Positions 34,841 to 44,892 of a DNA stretch of 64,000 bases are shown in pieces. The stretch lies in assembly GCA_013298775.1 (NCBI GenBank), contig JAAFIV010000019.1:25290-89289 (forward strand). The letters run 5' to 3'. The notes under the pieces are model-generated. The model searched no databases. It was given only the letters and a program-made list of their open reading frames with translations, and was not told the origin of the DNA. A program made the translations under genes and the position numbers. This DNA is from Ignavibacteria bacterium (GTDB taxonomy: Bacteria > Bacteroidota > Ignavibacteria > Kapaibacteriales > UBA4661). Every line of letters begins with the position of its first letter. Position 1 is the stretch's first letter.

Positions 34841-36868
34841 ATGTTCGCAAAAATCCTCGAAATGCTTCTCACCCGTCCCGCAAGCAATGATGCGCCTGCT
34901 GGACGAGCAAATACCTACCGCGAACGCTTTGTTGCGCTGAGAAATTTACCAAAATTTTTCGCCCTCATCTGGCGCGTCAGCCCAGCAATGATGCTCTCTA
35001 CGATGCTCTTGCGCCTTCTGCGTGCTGCCGTGCCAACGTCCATGCTCTTTGTGGGGAAATTGATTGTGGATGAAATTGTGCGCCTTGTGCAGATACAATT
35101 CATTCAAAGCCAAGCATCAGCAACGACGGGCGTTCTCGGCAATGCACCTTTGCCACTCGAACAGCTTTGGGCGAGCGCAGAAATGCAGCATTTGTGGTTG
35201 CTCGTTGGTGCAGAATTTGCTCTGGCAATCGCCTCCGACCTTCTGAACCGCACCATTGCGTTCTTGGACAGTATGCTGGGCGATAAATTCACCAATGAAT
35301 CTTCCGTCATGCTCATGCGCCACGCAGCCACGCTGGATTTGGAGATGTTCGAGGATTCCACGTTTTACGACAAACTGGAAAAAGCACGTCGGCAGACCAC
35401 GTCGCGGATTTCGCTCATGACGCAATCGCTCGCACAGGTGCAGGATGCAGTATCTATGCTGGTTTTGGCGATAAGTCTGGTGGTGTTTTCTCCTTGGCTC
35501 ATTTTGCTGCTTTTCCTCACCGTCATTCCCGCTTTTATGAGCGAAACCCGCTTCAACCAGCGCAGTTACTCGCTTATGAACGCATGGACACCAAAACGCC
35601 GCGAATTGGATTACCTCCGCTATATCGGTGCGAGCGACGAGACGGCAAAAGAAGTAAAAATCTTCGGACTGGCGGATTATCTCGCTTCGCGCTACAAAGA
35701 GCTTGCTGACAGCTATTATGCAGAAAATCGCTTGCTTGCGGCTGGACGCGCCTTCTGGGGCGGTGTGCTGGCTATTTTGGGAACGGCGGGATACTACGGC
35801 GCGTACACATTCATTATCGTCCAGACAGTGCGCGGACAGCTTTCGCTGGGCGATATGACCTTCCTTGCTGGCTCGTTTCGGAGCTTGCGCGGCACGTTGG
35901 AGGGGGTATTGGGGCGGTTTGCGAGCATTGCCGAAGGAGCGATGTATTTGCAAGATTTATTTGACTTTTTTAAGCTCCAACCCCGCATCACGGCTCAGGT
36001 TGCGGGCAATTTAAGCACGCCTCACGCTTCGACGACAGATTCTCTACAAAGCGCACAAAATCTTGCTTCTAGCACTATTGCACCGAATAGCACCGTCCTT
36101 GCGCCGCGCCCTTTGCGTGAAGGTTTTATTTTTGAAAATGTTGGATTTAAGTACATCAATTCAGAACGTTGGGCATTGCGCAATGTTTCGTTTCATCTGA
36201 AAGCGGGAGAAAAGCTGGCATTGGTGGGCGAAAACGGCGCAGGAAAAACAACCTTAGTAAAGCTGCTTGCGCGATTGTACGACCCCAGCGAAGGGCGTAT
36301 TCTCTTGGACGGACGAGATTTGCGCGAGTACGACGTGGAGAGTTTGCGTTCAGGAATTGGAGTAATTTTCCAAGATTTTATCCGCTATCAAATGCAAGCT
36401 GCGCTCAATATCACGGTTGGACGGATTGAGGAGCGCGATAATCAAGCACGCATTGACCATGCAGCCGCACAAAGCCTTGCGGATTCTGTCATCAAGCGAC
36501 TTCCCGAAGGGTATCAGCAAATGGTTGGGCGATATTTCCAAAAAGGCGTGGATTTGTCGGGCGGCGAATGGCAAAAACTTGGGCTGGCACGAGCATATAT
36601 GCGAGATGCAGAGGTATTGATATTGGACGAACCCACAGCCGCACTCGACGCGCGGGCTGAACACGAGGTCTTTCAACGCTTCGCCGAACTCACGCAGGGA
36701 AAGACGGCAGTGCTTATTTCGCATCGTTTTTCAACCGTGCGTATGGCAGATAGAATCTTGGTTCTGGAAGGCGGAACCCCGCTTGAAATCGGCTCGCACG
36801 AGGAATTGCTTGCTCAAGGCGGACGCTACGCCGAGCTGTTTCGTTTGCAGCAGCAGGGCTATATGTGA
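34841..36868 (+). CDS. ABC transporter, fused permease/ATP-binding
   Basis: GENGAGKT, LSGGEWQK, ILDEPTAALD, ISHRFSTVR; N-terminal TMs. Confidence 0.93.
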   Translation: MFAKILEMLLTRPASNDAPAGRANTYRERFVALRNLPKFFALIWRVSPAMMLSTMLLRLLRAAVPTSMLFVGKLIVDEIVRLVQIQFIQSQASATTGVLGNAPLPLEQLWASAEMQHLWLLVGAEFALAIASDLLNRTIAFLDSMLGDKFTNESSVMLMRHAATLDLEMFEDSTFYDKLEKARRQTTSRISLMTQSLAQVQDAVSMLVLAISLVVFSPWLILLLFLTVIPAFMSETRFNQRSYSLMNAWTPKRRELDYLRYIGASDETAKEVKIFGLADYLASRYKELADSYYAENRLLAAGRAFWGGVLAILGTAGYYGAYTFIIVQTVRGQLSLGDMTFLAGSFRSLRGTLEGVLGRFASIAEGAMYLQDLFDFFKLQPRITAQVAGNLSTPHASTTDSLQSAQNLASSTIAPNSTVLAPRPLREGFIFENVGFKYINSERWALRNVSFHLKAGEKLALVGENGAGKTTLVKLLARLYDPSEGRILLDGRDLREYDVESLRSGIGVIFQDFIRYQMQAALNITVGRIEERDNQARIDHAAAQSLADSVIKRLPEGYQQMVGRYFQKGVDLSGGEWQKLGLARAYMRDAEVLILDEPTAALDARAEHEVFQRFAELTQGKTAVLISHRFSTVRMADRILVLEGGTPLEIGSHEELLAQGGRYAELFRLQQQGYM

Positions 36869-36885
36869 GCAACTGTGGTAGCTAC

Positions 36886-36974
36886 GTGAGGCTCTCAATT
36901 CTTATTGAGGGTCTCACTTCATGCTCATATCACACTACCAAAGTGAGACCCTGACGAAGAAGTCAGAGCCTCAC
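36886..36974. repeat. Family B REP-like doublet (B4), reverse orientation of B1
   Basis: GTGAGGCTCTCAA-ttctta-TTGAGGGTCTCAC ... GTGAGACCCTGAC-gaagaa-GTCAGAGCCTCAC. Confidence 0.9.
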
Positions 36975-36995
36975 ACAGAACGTAAAATCTTGTTT

Positions 36996-37925
36996 CTATT
37001 TCGTCGCAAAAATTTCCGCCAGCATACACCGCGCAGAGCCACCACCAAAGCGTTCGATAACATCAAGGTCGGTGTGGAGAATGGTGGAATCGTGCTGCAA
37101 GGCGGCGATTTGCTCTGGAAGCAAGGCGTTGTGCGCCCGCGAGGACATGACCCAAAAACGTTGCCCGTCGTCATTGCGCAGTTGGAGCATATTTCCCGCA
37201 AATTCATCCATTTGCGCTTCACTCATTTCGATAACAACTTTTTGACGTGCTTTCAGCGCATCCAGCACCATTGCTCGCTCGGCGGGATTGCGAATCACTT
37301 CTGCGCACACCACCGATGTCTGCTCGCCAACCGCCATCATCACGTTGGTATGATAAATTTGCCCACCGCCTGTGCGAAGCGACGAAAACTCTATCGGAAT
37401 AAAGTTCATCACCTCGCAAAACCGCTTCAATGCTTTGCTGTGCATCCGCGTTGAGCGATTTGCATACGCAATCTGATTTGCTCTATCCAGCACAAGACTT
37501 CCTGTTCCTTCCAAGAATATCTCCTCTGCCTCAAAGCCGCTTAAATCCTCGCGTTTCCACTGACCGCCAGCGCGTTGCACAGCCGTAATCACGTCTTCAC
37601 GGCGTTCCAAGCGGCGATTCGCTGGCTCCATCGGGTACAGCACCACGCGCCCGTCGGCATGAGTAGAAATCCAGTTGTTTGGGAAAATAGAATCTGGCGT
37701 GTGCGGACTCGGCGTGTCCTCAATTTCCACAACGCGAAGATTGTGCGAGCGCAAAAGTGCGGTAAAGTCCGCAAATTCTTTCGCTGCCCGTGCCGCAATA
37801 TCCTCACGCTCGGCAAGCGACAATGCGCCATCGGACTGCATAAACGAATTTGTTTCTGCCGCATCGGGATTAAATCCGAACTTGTACGGCTGAATCATCA
37901 GAACGGTGTTTGTAAGCTGGGACAT
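36996..37925 (-). CDS. Amidinotransferase family protein (CtlX-like)
   Basis: TPDSIFPNNW, FLEGTGSLVLDR, IYHTNVMM, GGGSARCM. Confidence 0.88.
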   Translation of the reverse strand: MSQLTNTVLMIQPYKFGFNPDAAETNSFMQSDGALSLAEREDIAARAAKEFADFTALLRSHNLRVVEIEDTPSPHTPDSIFPNNWISTHADGRVVLYPMEPANRRLERREDVITAVQRAGGQWKREDLSGFEAEEIFLEGTGSLVLDRANQIAYANRSTRMHSKALKRFCEVMNFIPIEFSSLRTGGGQIYHTNVMMAVGEQTSVVCAEVIRNPAERAMVLDALKARQKVVIEMSEAQMDEFAGNMLQLRNDDGQRFWVMSSRAHNALLPEQIAALQHDSTILHTDLDVIERFGGGSARCMLAEIFATK

Positions 37926-37994
37926 AAAAAGGCAAAAGGATAGGGGCAAAAGAATAAAAGTAAAAAGAGCAACAAGCCGCATGGGAACTGGCTT

Positions 37995-39137
37995 TTATTC
38001 TGCTGCGGTTACATCAGTGCTGGCAAGCGGAATACGCACAATAAACGTCGTGCCTTTGCCAAGCACGCTGCGCACCGAAATTTCTGCTTTAATGTCTTCG
38101 ACGAGTTTTTTGACAATCGACAAACCCAGACCAATCGTGTGTTCGCCGCCAGTGGGCTGTGCGCTGAGGCGAGCAAACTTGCGAAACATTTTCTTTTGGT
38201 CGTCATCGGAAATGCCCGGACCAGCGTCTTCCACTTCCAAGCGCACGGCATCAGTTTCCGTCAGAAGGCGCACCGTTACTGACTTATTGAAGGGTGAGTA
38301 TTTGACAGCATTGGAAATGAGATTATCCAAAATCTGCACAATCGCTACTTCATCCGCTAAGACAAGCGGCAATGCGGGGTCGTGGGTGTAATGCAGCGTG
38401 ATTTTCTTTTTCGCCGCACGTGCGTCGTAGTCGCGGACAATATGCTCTACGATATGCTCTATCTCAATCGGGTTCAATTCTGTGCGCAAATGCCCTTGCT
38501 CAATCGCGTTCACGTCCAGCAAATTGCTCACAAGTTCCATCATGCCAGCAACGGTGTGGGCAATGTCGGCAGAGGCTTCTTTGATGAGGTCTGGCGTGAA
38601 AGAATCTGCCTTATAGGACATCTTTTCGGCAATAAACTGAATTTTAGAAAGCGGGTTGCGAAGGTCGTGCGCGGCAATGCCCAAAAACTCATCTTTTTCT
38701 TTGTTCAAATCCGCCAAACGCTTGTTCTGGCGAACGACAGAAAGGTGCGTCCGAACTCGCGCTAAAAGCTCTTGCGAAATAAACGGCTTGGTGATATAAT
38801 CCACCGCACCAAGCTCGAAACCCCGCACAATATCTTCGGTTTCGGTGCGAGCGGTAAGAAAAATCACAGGTACATCGCGTGTGGCGGCTTGCAATTTCAA
38901 GCGGCGACACACCTCGAAGCCGTCCATATCGGGCATTTGAATATCCAACAAAATGATGTCGGGTGCTTGCTCGGCAATAGCATCCAACGCGCCCTGACCG
39001 CTTGAGGCAACGCTTACGCCAAAGCCGTTTTCGCTCAAAATGCTGCCCAGCACTTGCAAATTGCGGGCAATATCATCCACAATGAGGATGAGTGCTTCAT
39101 CGGCAGCATGAGAATCGAGAGGTGTTTCAAGGTGCAT
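37995..39137 (-). CDS. Receiver / histidine kinase hybrid
   Basis: ILIVDD, LLDIQMP, AHDLRNPL, NAVKYS, DAGPGI, GLGLSIV. Confidence 0.92.
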   Translation of the reverse strand: MHLETPLDSHAADEALILIVDDIARNLQVLGSILSENGFGVSVASSGQGALDAIAEQAPDIILLDIQMPDMDGFEVCRRLKLQAATRDVPVIFLTARTETEDIVRGFELGAVDYITKPFISQELLARVRTHLSVVRQNKRLADLNKEKDEFLGIAAHDLRNPLSKIQFIAEKMSYKADSFTPDLIKEASADIAHTVAGMMELVSNLLDVNAIEQGHLRTELNPIEIEHIVEHIVRDYDARAAKKKITLHYTHDPALPLVLADEVAIVQILDNLISNAVKYSPFNKSVTVRLLTETDAVRLEVEDAGPGISDDDQKKMFRKFARLSAQPTGGEHTIGLGLSIVKKLVEDIKAEISVRSVLGKGTTFIVRIPLASTDVTAAE

Positions 39138-39224
39138 AAGTAGTGTGTTTACACGGTTTGCAAGCGAGTGAAAGGATTAAGATAATCTCGAAAAGGCGTA
39201 AGATTAAGGCTCAAAAGTTAAGTA

Positions 39225-39300
39225 GTGGCACAGACATTCTTGTCTGTGAGTGTTATCGCGGGTTTCAAGCGACGAACACAGACAAGAATGTCCGTGCCAC
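39225..39300. repeat. Family A REP doublet (A5)
   Basis: 24-28-24 architecture. Confidence 0.92.
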
Positions 39301-39335
39301 TATTGGCTTTGTTCACTTGATTTTTTACCATTCCA

Positions 39336-41030
39336 CTAATACTTCAACAAGGTAACATCGCGCTCAATCAAGAACGCAAGCGGCTCTTGGAAGTCGTAAT
39401 CGCTAAAGGCTTTTGCTTTGTCGAGATTTGCACGAGATTTCTCGCGTTGTCCCTGCACGTTGTAAATTTCCGAAATGCGGAAATAGCTCCATGGCATGAA
39501 CCACCGCTCTTTTTCGGGTTGCAATTCCACTGCTTTCAGGTAATACGCGATTGCCTCTGGATAGCGTTGCTGCCCGCGCATTGCCTCGCCCATATTGAAG
39601 CAGGCTTCGGCGCGAATTTCCTTCGACAAGCTACCATTATCCACAATAGGCTTCAAGAACGGCTCAACCTCTGTAAAGCGCAGCGATTCTGCACAATTCA
39701 CGCCTTTGATAAGCTGAATCATTGTGGCATCAAGCGGCGTTTTCAAACATTCTTTTGCTTTGCGAATGGCGTATTTGTCCTCTGGTTCAAAGGGCGCAAC
39801 TTCAATACATTTTTGGTAGCCTTTGATAGCATTGGCACGGTCTCCACCCATTTCGTACATGAGAGCCAAGCGATAGAATGCGATACCGCGAAACGACCGC
39901 TCGAAGCGGGCTTTGAAGTAGCGTTGCAGACAAACTTTGCCTTTGTCAAAATCGTTCAAGCGGAAATATGCTTCGCCCATGCGGTAGTTTGCCAGCGTCG
40001 TGAAGGTCTTGAAATTGGTATCGGCAAGCTGCACCACTTTTTTGTAAAAATCATTGGCGAAGGTCATTTTTTTCAAGAACGTTTCTACGTTGCCGAGCGT
40101 GTACAGCACTGGGATATTATTCGGATATTTCTGCAATAAATCTTGCAAATATTTGTAGCCTTTGCCGTAATCTTTGTTGAAATATACTTCAATAAATGCA
40201 AGGAAAATCTTCGCATCGCTGCGGGAGAACAAGGATTTATCGGCAGCCAAATTCACTTCGCGCAAGCCACTTTCGCGGTCGCCTTTTAAGCCAGCAAAAT
40301 TCGCGGCAAACTTCACCGTGCTTGGCATGACGGCAATGCCGAAGTGGAACACGCCCATACCCAAGTATGCGTCGTATTGCTGCGGGTCGCGTTTCAATGC
40401 TTCGTTGAGGTAATTGTAGCACGAACGCCCGTCCAGCGTAGCTTTCACGAGATTTTCCGCACGGAAATTGGCAACAGCGCGGAAACCGTAAATCGCGCCA
40501 AGAATTGTGCGAGATTTATTATTGTTCGGATTTGCTTTCACCGCCTCATCCGCCACAGAAATGGCTTTATCACACGCCGCGATGAATTTTTTGTAATCTG
40601 GCTCACTGTAATCGAACAAATATCGCCACAGGAAAATTTGCGAGCGAAAGAAGTAACCAACAGGGTCGGCGGGATATTTTTGGATAATTTCATCGTAAAT
40701 CACCATTGCTTGGTCGTAGCGCATCGAATAAAATGCGTCAATCCCAGCAATGACGCGCTCTTTCACGTATGGGTCGTAGTCATCGGCGAGTGCCGCGCCG
40801 ACGAGCATTGGTGGTGCGTTGCGGTCGTCTGCACCGTATTCACCCAATACATTGAGGTAATTCAATGATGGGTAGTAATGTACTGGCGGGTGCGCCGCAG
40901 ACAGCGGTTGCGAAAAAGAAAGGCTCAATATCAACAGAGCAAATCCAACACAAACAAGCGCGTGAAACGGCGTTGTAGCGCGGCTTACCCGCGAGCGACT
41001 CATTCGCAAAAAATTCGTCATCGAAAGCAT
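39336..41030 (-). CDS. Secreted tetratricopeptide-repeat protein
   Basis: Signal-like segment and many TPR-like helices (YDAYLGMG, ANYRMGEAYFRL, ACFNMGEA). Confidence 0.82.
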   Translation of the reverse strand: MLSMTNFLRMSRSRVSRATTPFHALVCVGFALLILSLSFSQPLSAAHPPVHYYPSLNYLNVLGEYGADDRNAPPMLVGAALADDYDPYVKERVIAGIDAFYSMRYDQAMVIYDEIIQKYPADPVGYFFRSQIFLWRYLFDYSEPDYKKFIAACDKAISVADEAVKANPNNNKSRTILGAIYGFRAVANFRAENLVKATLDGRSCYNYLNEALKRDPQQYDAYLGMGVFHFGIAVMPSTVKFAANFAGLKGDRESGLREVNLAADKSLFSRSDAKIFLAFIEVYFNKDYGKGYKYLQDLLQKYPNNIPVLYTLGNVETFLKKMTFANDFYKKVVQLADTNFKTFTTLANYRMGEAYFRLNDFDKGKVCLQRYFKARFERSFRGIAFYRLALMYEMGGDRANAIKGYQKCIEVAPFEPEDKYAIRKAKECLKTPLDATMIQLIKGVNCAESLRFTEVEPFLKPIVDNGSLSKEIRAEACFNMGEAMRGQQRYPEAIAYYLKAVELQPEKERWFMPWSYFRISEIYNVQGQREKSRANLDKAKAFSDYDFQEPLAFLIERDVTLLKY

Positions 41031-41214
41031 GAAAAAGATGAAAAGTGAGTGTGATTATGTATCTCGTTCTTGGTCTGATGGTACACAAACGAAAAAGGTT
41101 TATGTACCATACATGAGATGTGATGCGGCATGAAGGATATTTGCACAAAACATGTAAAGATAAATAATTTACATTTTTTTTATGAGCTAACCGAAGAATT
41201 TTCAACTGCTCTGC

Positions 41215-41247
41215 TCATTTCAGAATCATTTCAGAATCATTTCAGAA
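41215..41247. repeat. 11-bp tandem repeat (TCATTTCAGAA) x3
   Basis: Three perfect units in the divergent intergenic region. Confidence 0.9.
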
Positions 41248-41352
41248 TGTGCTTAGGGAGCTTGTGGTATAGAACGCTGGAAAAATACTTGCAGGAGACG
41301 GAACGGGTGGCGTAAATTCGCGCAGATAATTTTTTCTTCTTTTCCAATCTTC

Positions 41353-43854
41353 ATGCGCCCTCCCAACCTATTTTCGCGCCTCTTTTTACGCATTTCTTCA
41401 CGCCTTGCCGCCGCCTCTTTCGCTGTGCGGCTTTTAGGGTATGCGCTGCTCCTTGCCGCATCATTCCTTGTATTGCTGGGTGTGCTGTCGCTTATGTTTC
41501 CGCTTCGCGTGGATGTTCCATTTTCGAGCGTGATTCTCGCCCGCGACGGAAGCGTGGTGCAAGCCTTCTTAGCAAAAGACGACAAATGGCGCATGAAAAC
41601 TGAGCTTGTAGAGATTTCCCCCACCTTGCGCCGCGCCATTATTGCCAAAGAAGACCGCTTTTTTTACTGGCATTTTGGCGTAAATCCTGTGGCAATTGTA
41701 CGAGCATTGGCGAATAATTTGCTGAGGCAAAAAACCACGTCGGGCGCATCAACACTCACGATGCAGGTTGCGCGGATGCTGGAGAATCAGCACACAGGAA
41801 AAAACCGCGAGCGCACACTGTGGAACAAATGCGTTGAGCTTTTTCGCGCCTTTCAACTCGAAGGCGCGTACTCGAAAGATGAAATTTTGCAATGGTATTT
41901 GAATCTCGCGCCCTACGGCGGAAATATCGAAGGCGTGAAAGCCGCTTCACTGCTGTACTTTGGAACATTGCCTGAAAAACTGAGCCTTGCCGAAGCCACC
42001 ACGCTTGCTATCATTCCCAATCGCCCAACCTCGCTGAAATTGGACGAAGCAAACGCAGCAATGGTGCGCCAAGAGCGCGACAAATGGCTTACTCGCTTTG
42101 GTGCAATGCAGGAATTTCCGACAGAAACATTGCAGGACGCGCTCCGTGAGCCAGTGCAACTTCGTAGGCAAGAAATTCCCAATCTCGCGCCGCACTTTGG
42201 AAGCCGCATGAAATCTGCCTTTGCGGACGCGCCCATTCTTCGCACGACGCTGGACGTGCGCAAGCAACAAAGCGTTCAGACGATTGCGGGCAATGTTGTG
42301 CGCCGCTTGCAGTTGTACGGCATCAATAACGCTGCGGTGCTGGTGGTGAATAATCGGACGCGCGAAGTGGAAGCGTATTTGGGTTCGCCAAATTTTGCGG
42401 ACAAAACGAATGCTGGCGAAGTAGATGGTGTGCGGGCTGTGCGCTCTCCCGGAAGTGCTTTGAAGCCGCTTGTGTACGGGCTTGCGATGGACAAAGGTTT
42501 GATTACGCCGTCCACCATTTTGACCGACGTTCCCTCCAATTTCGACGGCTACGCGCCAGAGAATTTCGACCGCCAATATCGTGGATTTATCTCCGCCGAG
42601 CGAGCCTTAATCAACTCTCTGAACATTCCTGCAGTGAAACTTTTGCGCGGCGTGGGCGTGGCGACCTTCACCGAAGCAATGCAGAAAGCGGGCTTTGAAC
42701 AAGTCCGCAAAGACGCACGAAAGCTGGGGTTGTCGTCGGTGCTGGGTGGCTGCGGTGTGCGCTTGGAGGAAATGGCGGGTTTGTATGCCGCTTTTGCAAA
42801 TGAAGGCACGTGGAAGCCTCTTCAGTTCTTGCGTCCAGAGCCTTCTGCTGAAGTGAGTCCAAATATTTTTGAGCAAATCTGGCAACGCACAAGCGCGTTT
42901 TTTCGGAAGGTTTTTTCATTGCCAATGAATAACGAACAATCCCCACAAACCCAGATTTTATCACGCTCGGCAACCTTTATGCTCGGTGAAATTCTTACCC
43001 AACTCACGCGCCCCGATGTGCCGCATAAATTCAGCAACACGCAGCGTTTACCCAAAATTGCCTGGAAAACAGGCACATCCTACGGGCGGCGCGATGCGTG
43101 GAGCATTGGCTACAACAAGCGTTTCACGGTAGCGGTGTGGGTGGGGAATTTTTCAGGCGTGGGTGTGCCTGAGCTGGTTGGCGCGGACGTGGCTACGCCG
43201 CTTCTGTTCGATATTTTCAATGCGATTGACTACAATTCCCCCAACGATTGGTTTCAAACGCCGCCAGAGCTAGATTTTCGCTTAGTCTGCTCGGAAAGCG
43301 GCTTCATTCCGCAGGATTTTTGCAAGAATCAAATTTCGGAATACTACATCCCGCGTATTTCCTCGAACCAGAAATGCCAACACGCCAAAGAAGTATTTGT
43401 TTCTGCCGATGAGCGCGTTTCCTACTGCACCGAATGTTTGCCGCAAACGGGCTACAAAACGAAACTCTATCCAAATTTGCCGCCAGAAATACTGAGCCTG
43501 TATGCCGCGCAGAATCAAGTATTTGAGCGCATTCCAGAGCATAATCCCAAATGTTCGCGGGCGTTTCAAGGCACTGCACCCGTGATTACGTCGCTTGCGG
43601 ACGGCAAAGAATATATTTGCGATAAACCTACGGCAACTTCCACCAACACCAGCAATGAAGCGGGTTTAATGCTCACCTGCTCGGTTGCAAATGATGTTCG
43701 CACGGTCTATTGGTTTGTGAATGATAAATTTTATCGCACCACAACACCGCATGAACGCTTGTTTTTCATGCCAGAGCGCGGTGCGAATAAAATCTCGTGT
43801 AGCGACGACAAAGGGCGAAATACGAATATTTGGATTCAGGTGCAGTGGCAGTGA
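41353..43854 (+). CDS. pbpC: Penicillin-binding protein 1C
   Basis: EDRFF, SGASTLTMQVAR, RSPGSALKP, SLNIPAV, KTGTSYGRRDAW, C-terminal BiPBP_C-like domain. Confidence 0.93.
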   Translation: MRPPNLFSRLFLRISSRLAAASFAVRLLGYALLLAASFLVLLGVLSLMFPLRVDVPFSSVILARDGSVVQAFLAKDDKWRMKTELVEISPTLRRAIIAKEDRFFYWHFGVNPVAIVRALANNLLRQKTTSGASTLTMQVARMLENQHTGKNRERTLWNKCVELFRAFQLEGAYSKDEILQWYLNLAPYGGNIEGVKAASLLYFGTLPEKLSLAEATTLAIIPNRPTSLKLDEANAAMVRQERDKWLTRFGAMQEFPTETLQDALREPVQLRRQEIPNLAPHFGSRMKSAFADAPILRTTLDVRKQQSVQTIAGNVVRRLQLYGINNAAVLVVNNRTREVEAYLGSPNFADKTNAGEVDGVRAVRSPGSALKPLVYGLAMDKGLITPSTILTDVPSNFDGYAPENFDRQYRGFISAERALINSLNIPAVKLLRGVGVATFTEAMQKAGFEQVRKDARKLGLSSVLGGCGVRLEEMAGLYAAFANEGTWKPLQFLRPEPSAEVSPNIFEQIWQRTSAFFRKVFSLPMNNEQSPQTQILSRSATFMLGEILTQLTRPDVPHKFSNTQRLPKIAWKTGTSYGRRDAWSIGYNKRFTVAVWVGNFSGVGVPELVGADVATPLLFDIFNAIDYNSPNDWFQTPPELDFRLVCSESGFIPQDFCKNQISEYYIPRISSNQKCQHAKEVFVSADERVSYCTECLPQTGYKTKLYPNLPPEILSLYAAQNQVFERIPEHNPKCSRAFQGTAPVITSLADGKEYICDKPTATSTNTSNEAGLMLTCSVANDVRTVYWFVNDKFYRTTTPHERLFFMPERGANKISCSDDKGRNTNIWIQVQWQ

Positions 43855-43892
43855 AAGAACAAATTAGCAGTCCTGCCTGACCATACCATTCC

Positions 43893-44303
43893 CTACTTTT
43901 TCGCCGCATCTGCAAATGCCTGATTGGGATTGCTTACGAATAAGAATGGTCGTTCCAGCACGAGAATAATGGTCATAATAATTGCTGCCATACCAGGACC
44001 CATCAAAGTTCCTAGAAAAGCATCTCCAGCGGTAGCGTGTGAGCCAATTGCGCCGTGCATAAGGAAAATAATTCCCACTGCCGCATAGGGTCGGTATTGT
44101 TTGAAGAGTAAGCCTATCCCGCCAAGTAAATCAAGAGACCCAATGATAAATGTCCATGTATGGTCGTAGTGTAAACGTCCCATTGATTTGATAAACATAT
44201 CAATTCCGACAAACGGTCCGATGGTTTTGAGAACACCAATTGCGGTAAATTGAAGTGCGCCAAGCCCAATCAAGACATAGAGGGCTATTTTTTTTGCGTT
44301 CAT
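43893..44303 (-). CDS. DoxX family membrane protein
   Basis: Four TMs; IGSLDLLGGIGLL, GAIGSH. Confidence 0.8.
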   Translation of the reverse strand: MNAKKIALYVLIGLGALQFTAIGVLKTIGPFVGIDMFIKSMGRLHYDHTWTFIIGSLDLLGGIGLLFKQYRPYAAVGIIFLMHGAIGSHATAGDAFLGTLMGPGMAAIIMTIILVLERPFLFVSNPNQAFADAAKK

Positions 44304-44340
44304 TGCGGTAAAGTTTTTATGAAAAAATAAGAATGTGTTG

Positions 44341-44393
44341 CAAATGTAGAGCCATTACTCTACTTTTGCAAGTAGTACGTTAAAACTGTACTA
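44341..44393. promoter_or_regulatory. Divergent promoter region with two TAnnTTTG motifs and candidate operator TAGTAC-N9-GTACTA
   Basis: TACATTTG on minus at 44341-44348, TACTTTTG on plus at 44361-44368, inverted repeat 44373-44393. Confidence 0.5.
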
Positions 44394-44434
44394 ATACTGT
44401 AAACCATAGCAACATTGAAAATACAGGTGTTACC

Positions 44435-44773
44435 ATGAAAAATAAATCCAAAGAAATCTGTCCCGTGCGGCATTCTTTAGATATTTTAGGCGGGAAATGG
44501 AAGCTACCCATTCTGTACGCATTGCGCAAAGGCACGCCCAAGCGTTTTAAGGAATTAGAGCGCGAAATAGAAGGAATTACCCCAACAATGCTTACAACGC
44601 AGCTACGGGACTTGGAAAAGCAAAACATTATCAAACGCGAGGCGTTCGCAACAATACCGCCGACGGTTGAATACACACTGACGGAACAAGGAAAAACCAT
44701 ACAGCCCTTGATTTACGAAATAAAAAAGTGGGGACTGTATCATTTACGCGAAATACAAAAAAGCTCCGTGTAA
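44435..44773 (+). CDS. HxlR-family winged-helix transcriptional regulator
   Basis: CPVRHSLDILGGKWK, RFKEL, TMLTTQLRDLE, PPTVEYTLT. Confidence 0.93.
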   Translation: MKNKSKEICPVRHSLDILGGKWKLPILYALRKGTPKRFKELEREIEGITPTMLTTQLRDLEKQNIIKREAFATIPPTVEYTLTEQGKTIQPLIYEIKKWGLYHLREIQKSSV

Positions 44774-44800
44774 AAAAGGAGTGCGTTGGCAAATGTACAA

Positions 44801-44856
44801 AAAAATGGAGACTACCTTCCAAAGCGCATCCACGCTAGAAAGTAGTCTCCATTTTT
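44801..44856. terminator. Bidirectional terminator-like hairpin, family E copy 1
   Basis: AAAAATGGAGACTAC / GTAGTCTCCATTTTT between convergent hxlR-like gene and gyrA. Confidence 0.78.
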
Positions 44857-44892
44857 AGTTTTTATTGCTTTGTATCGCGTTCAGAACAGTGA

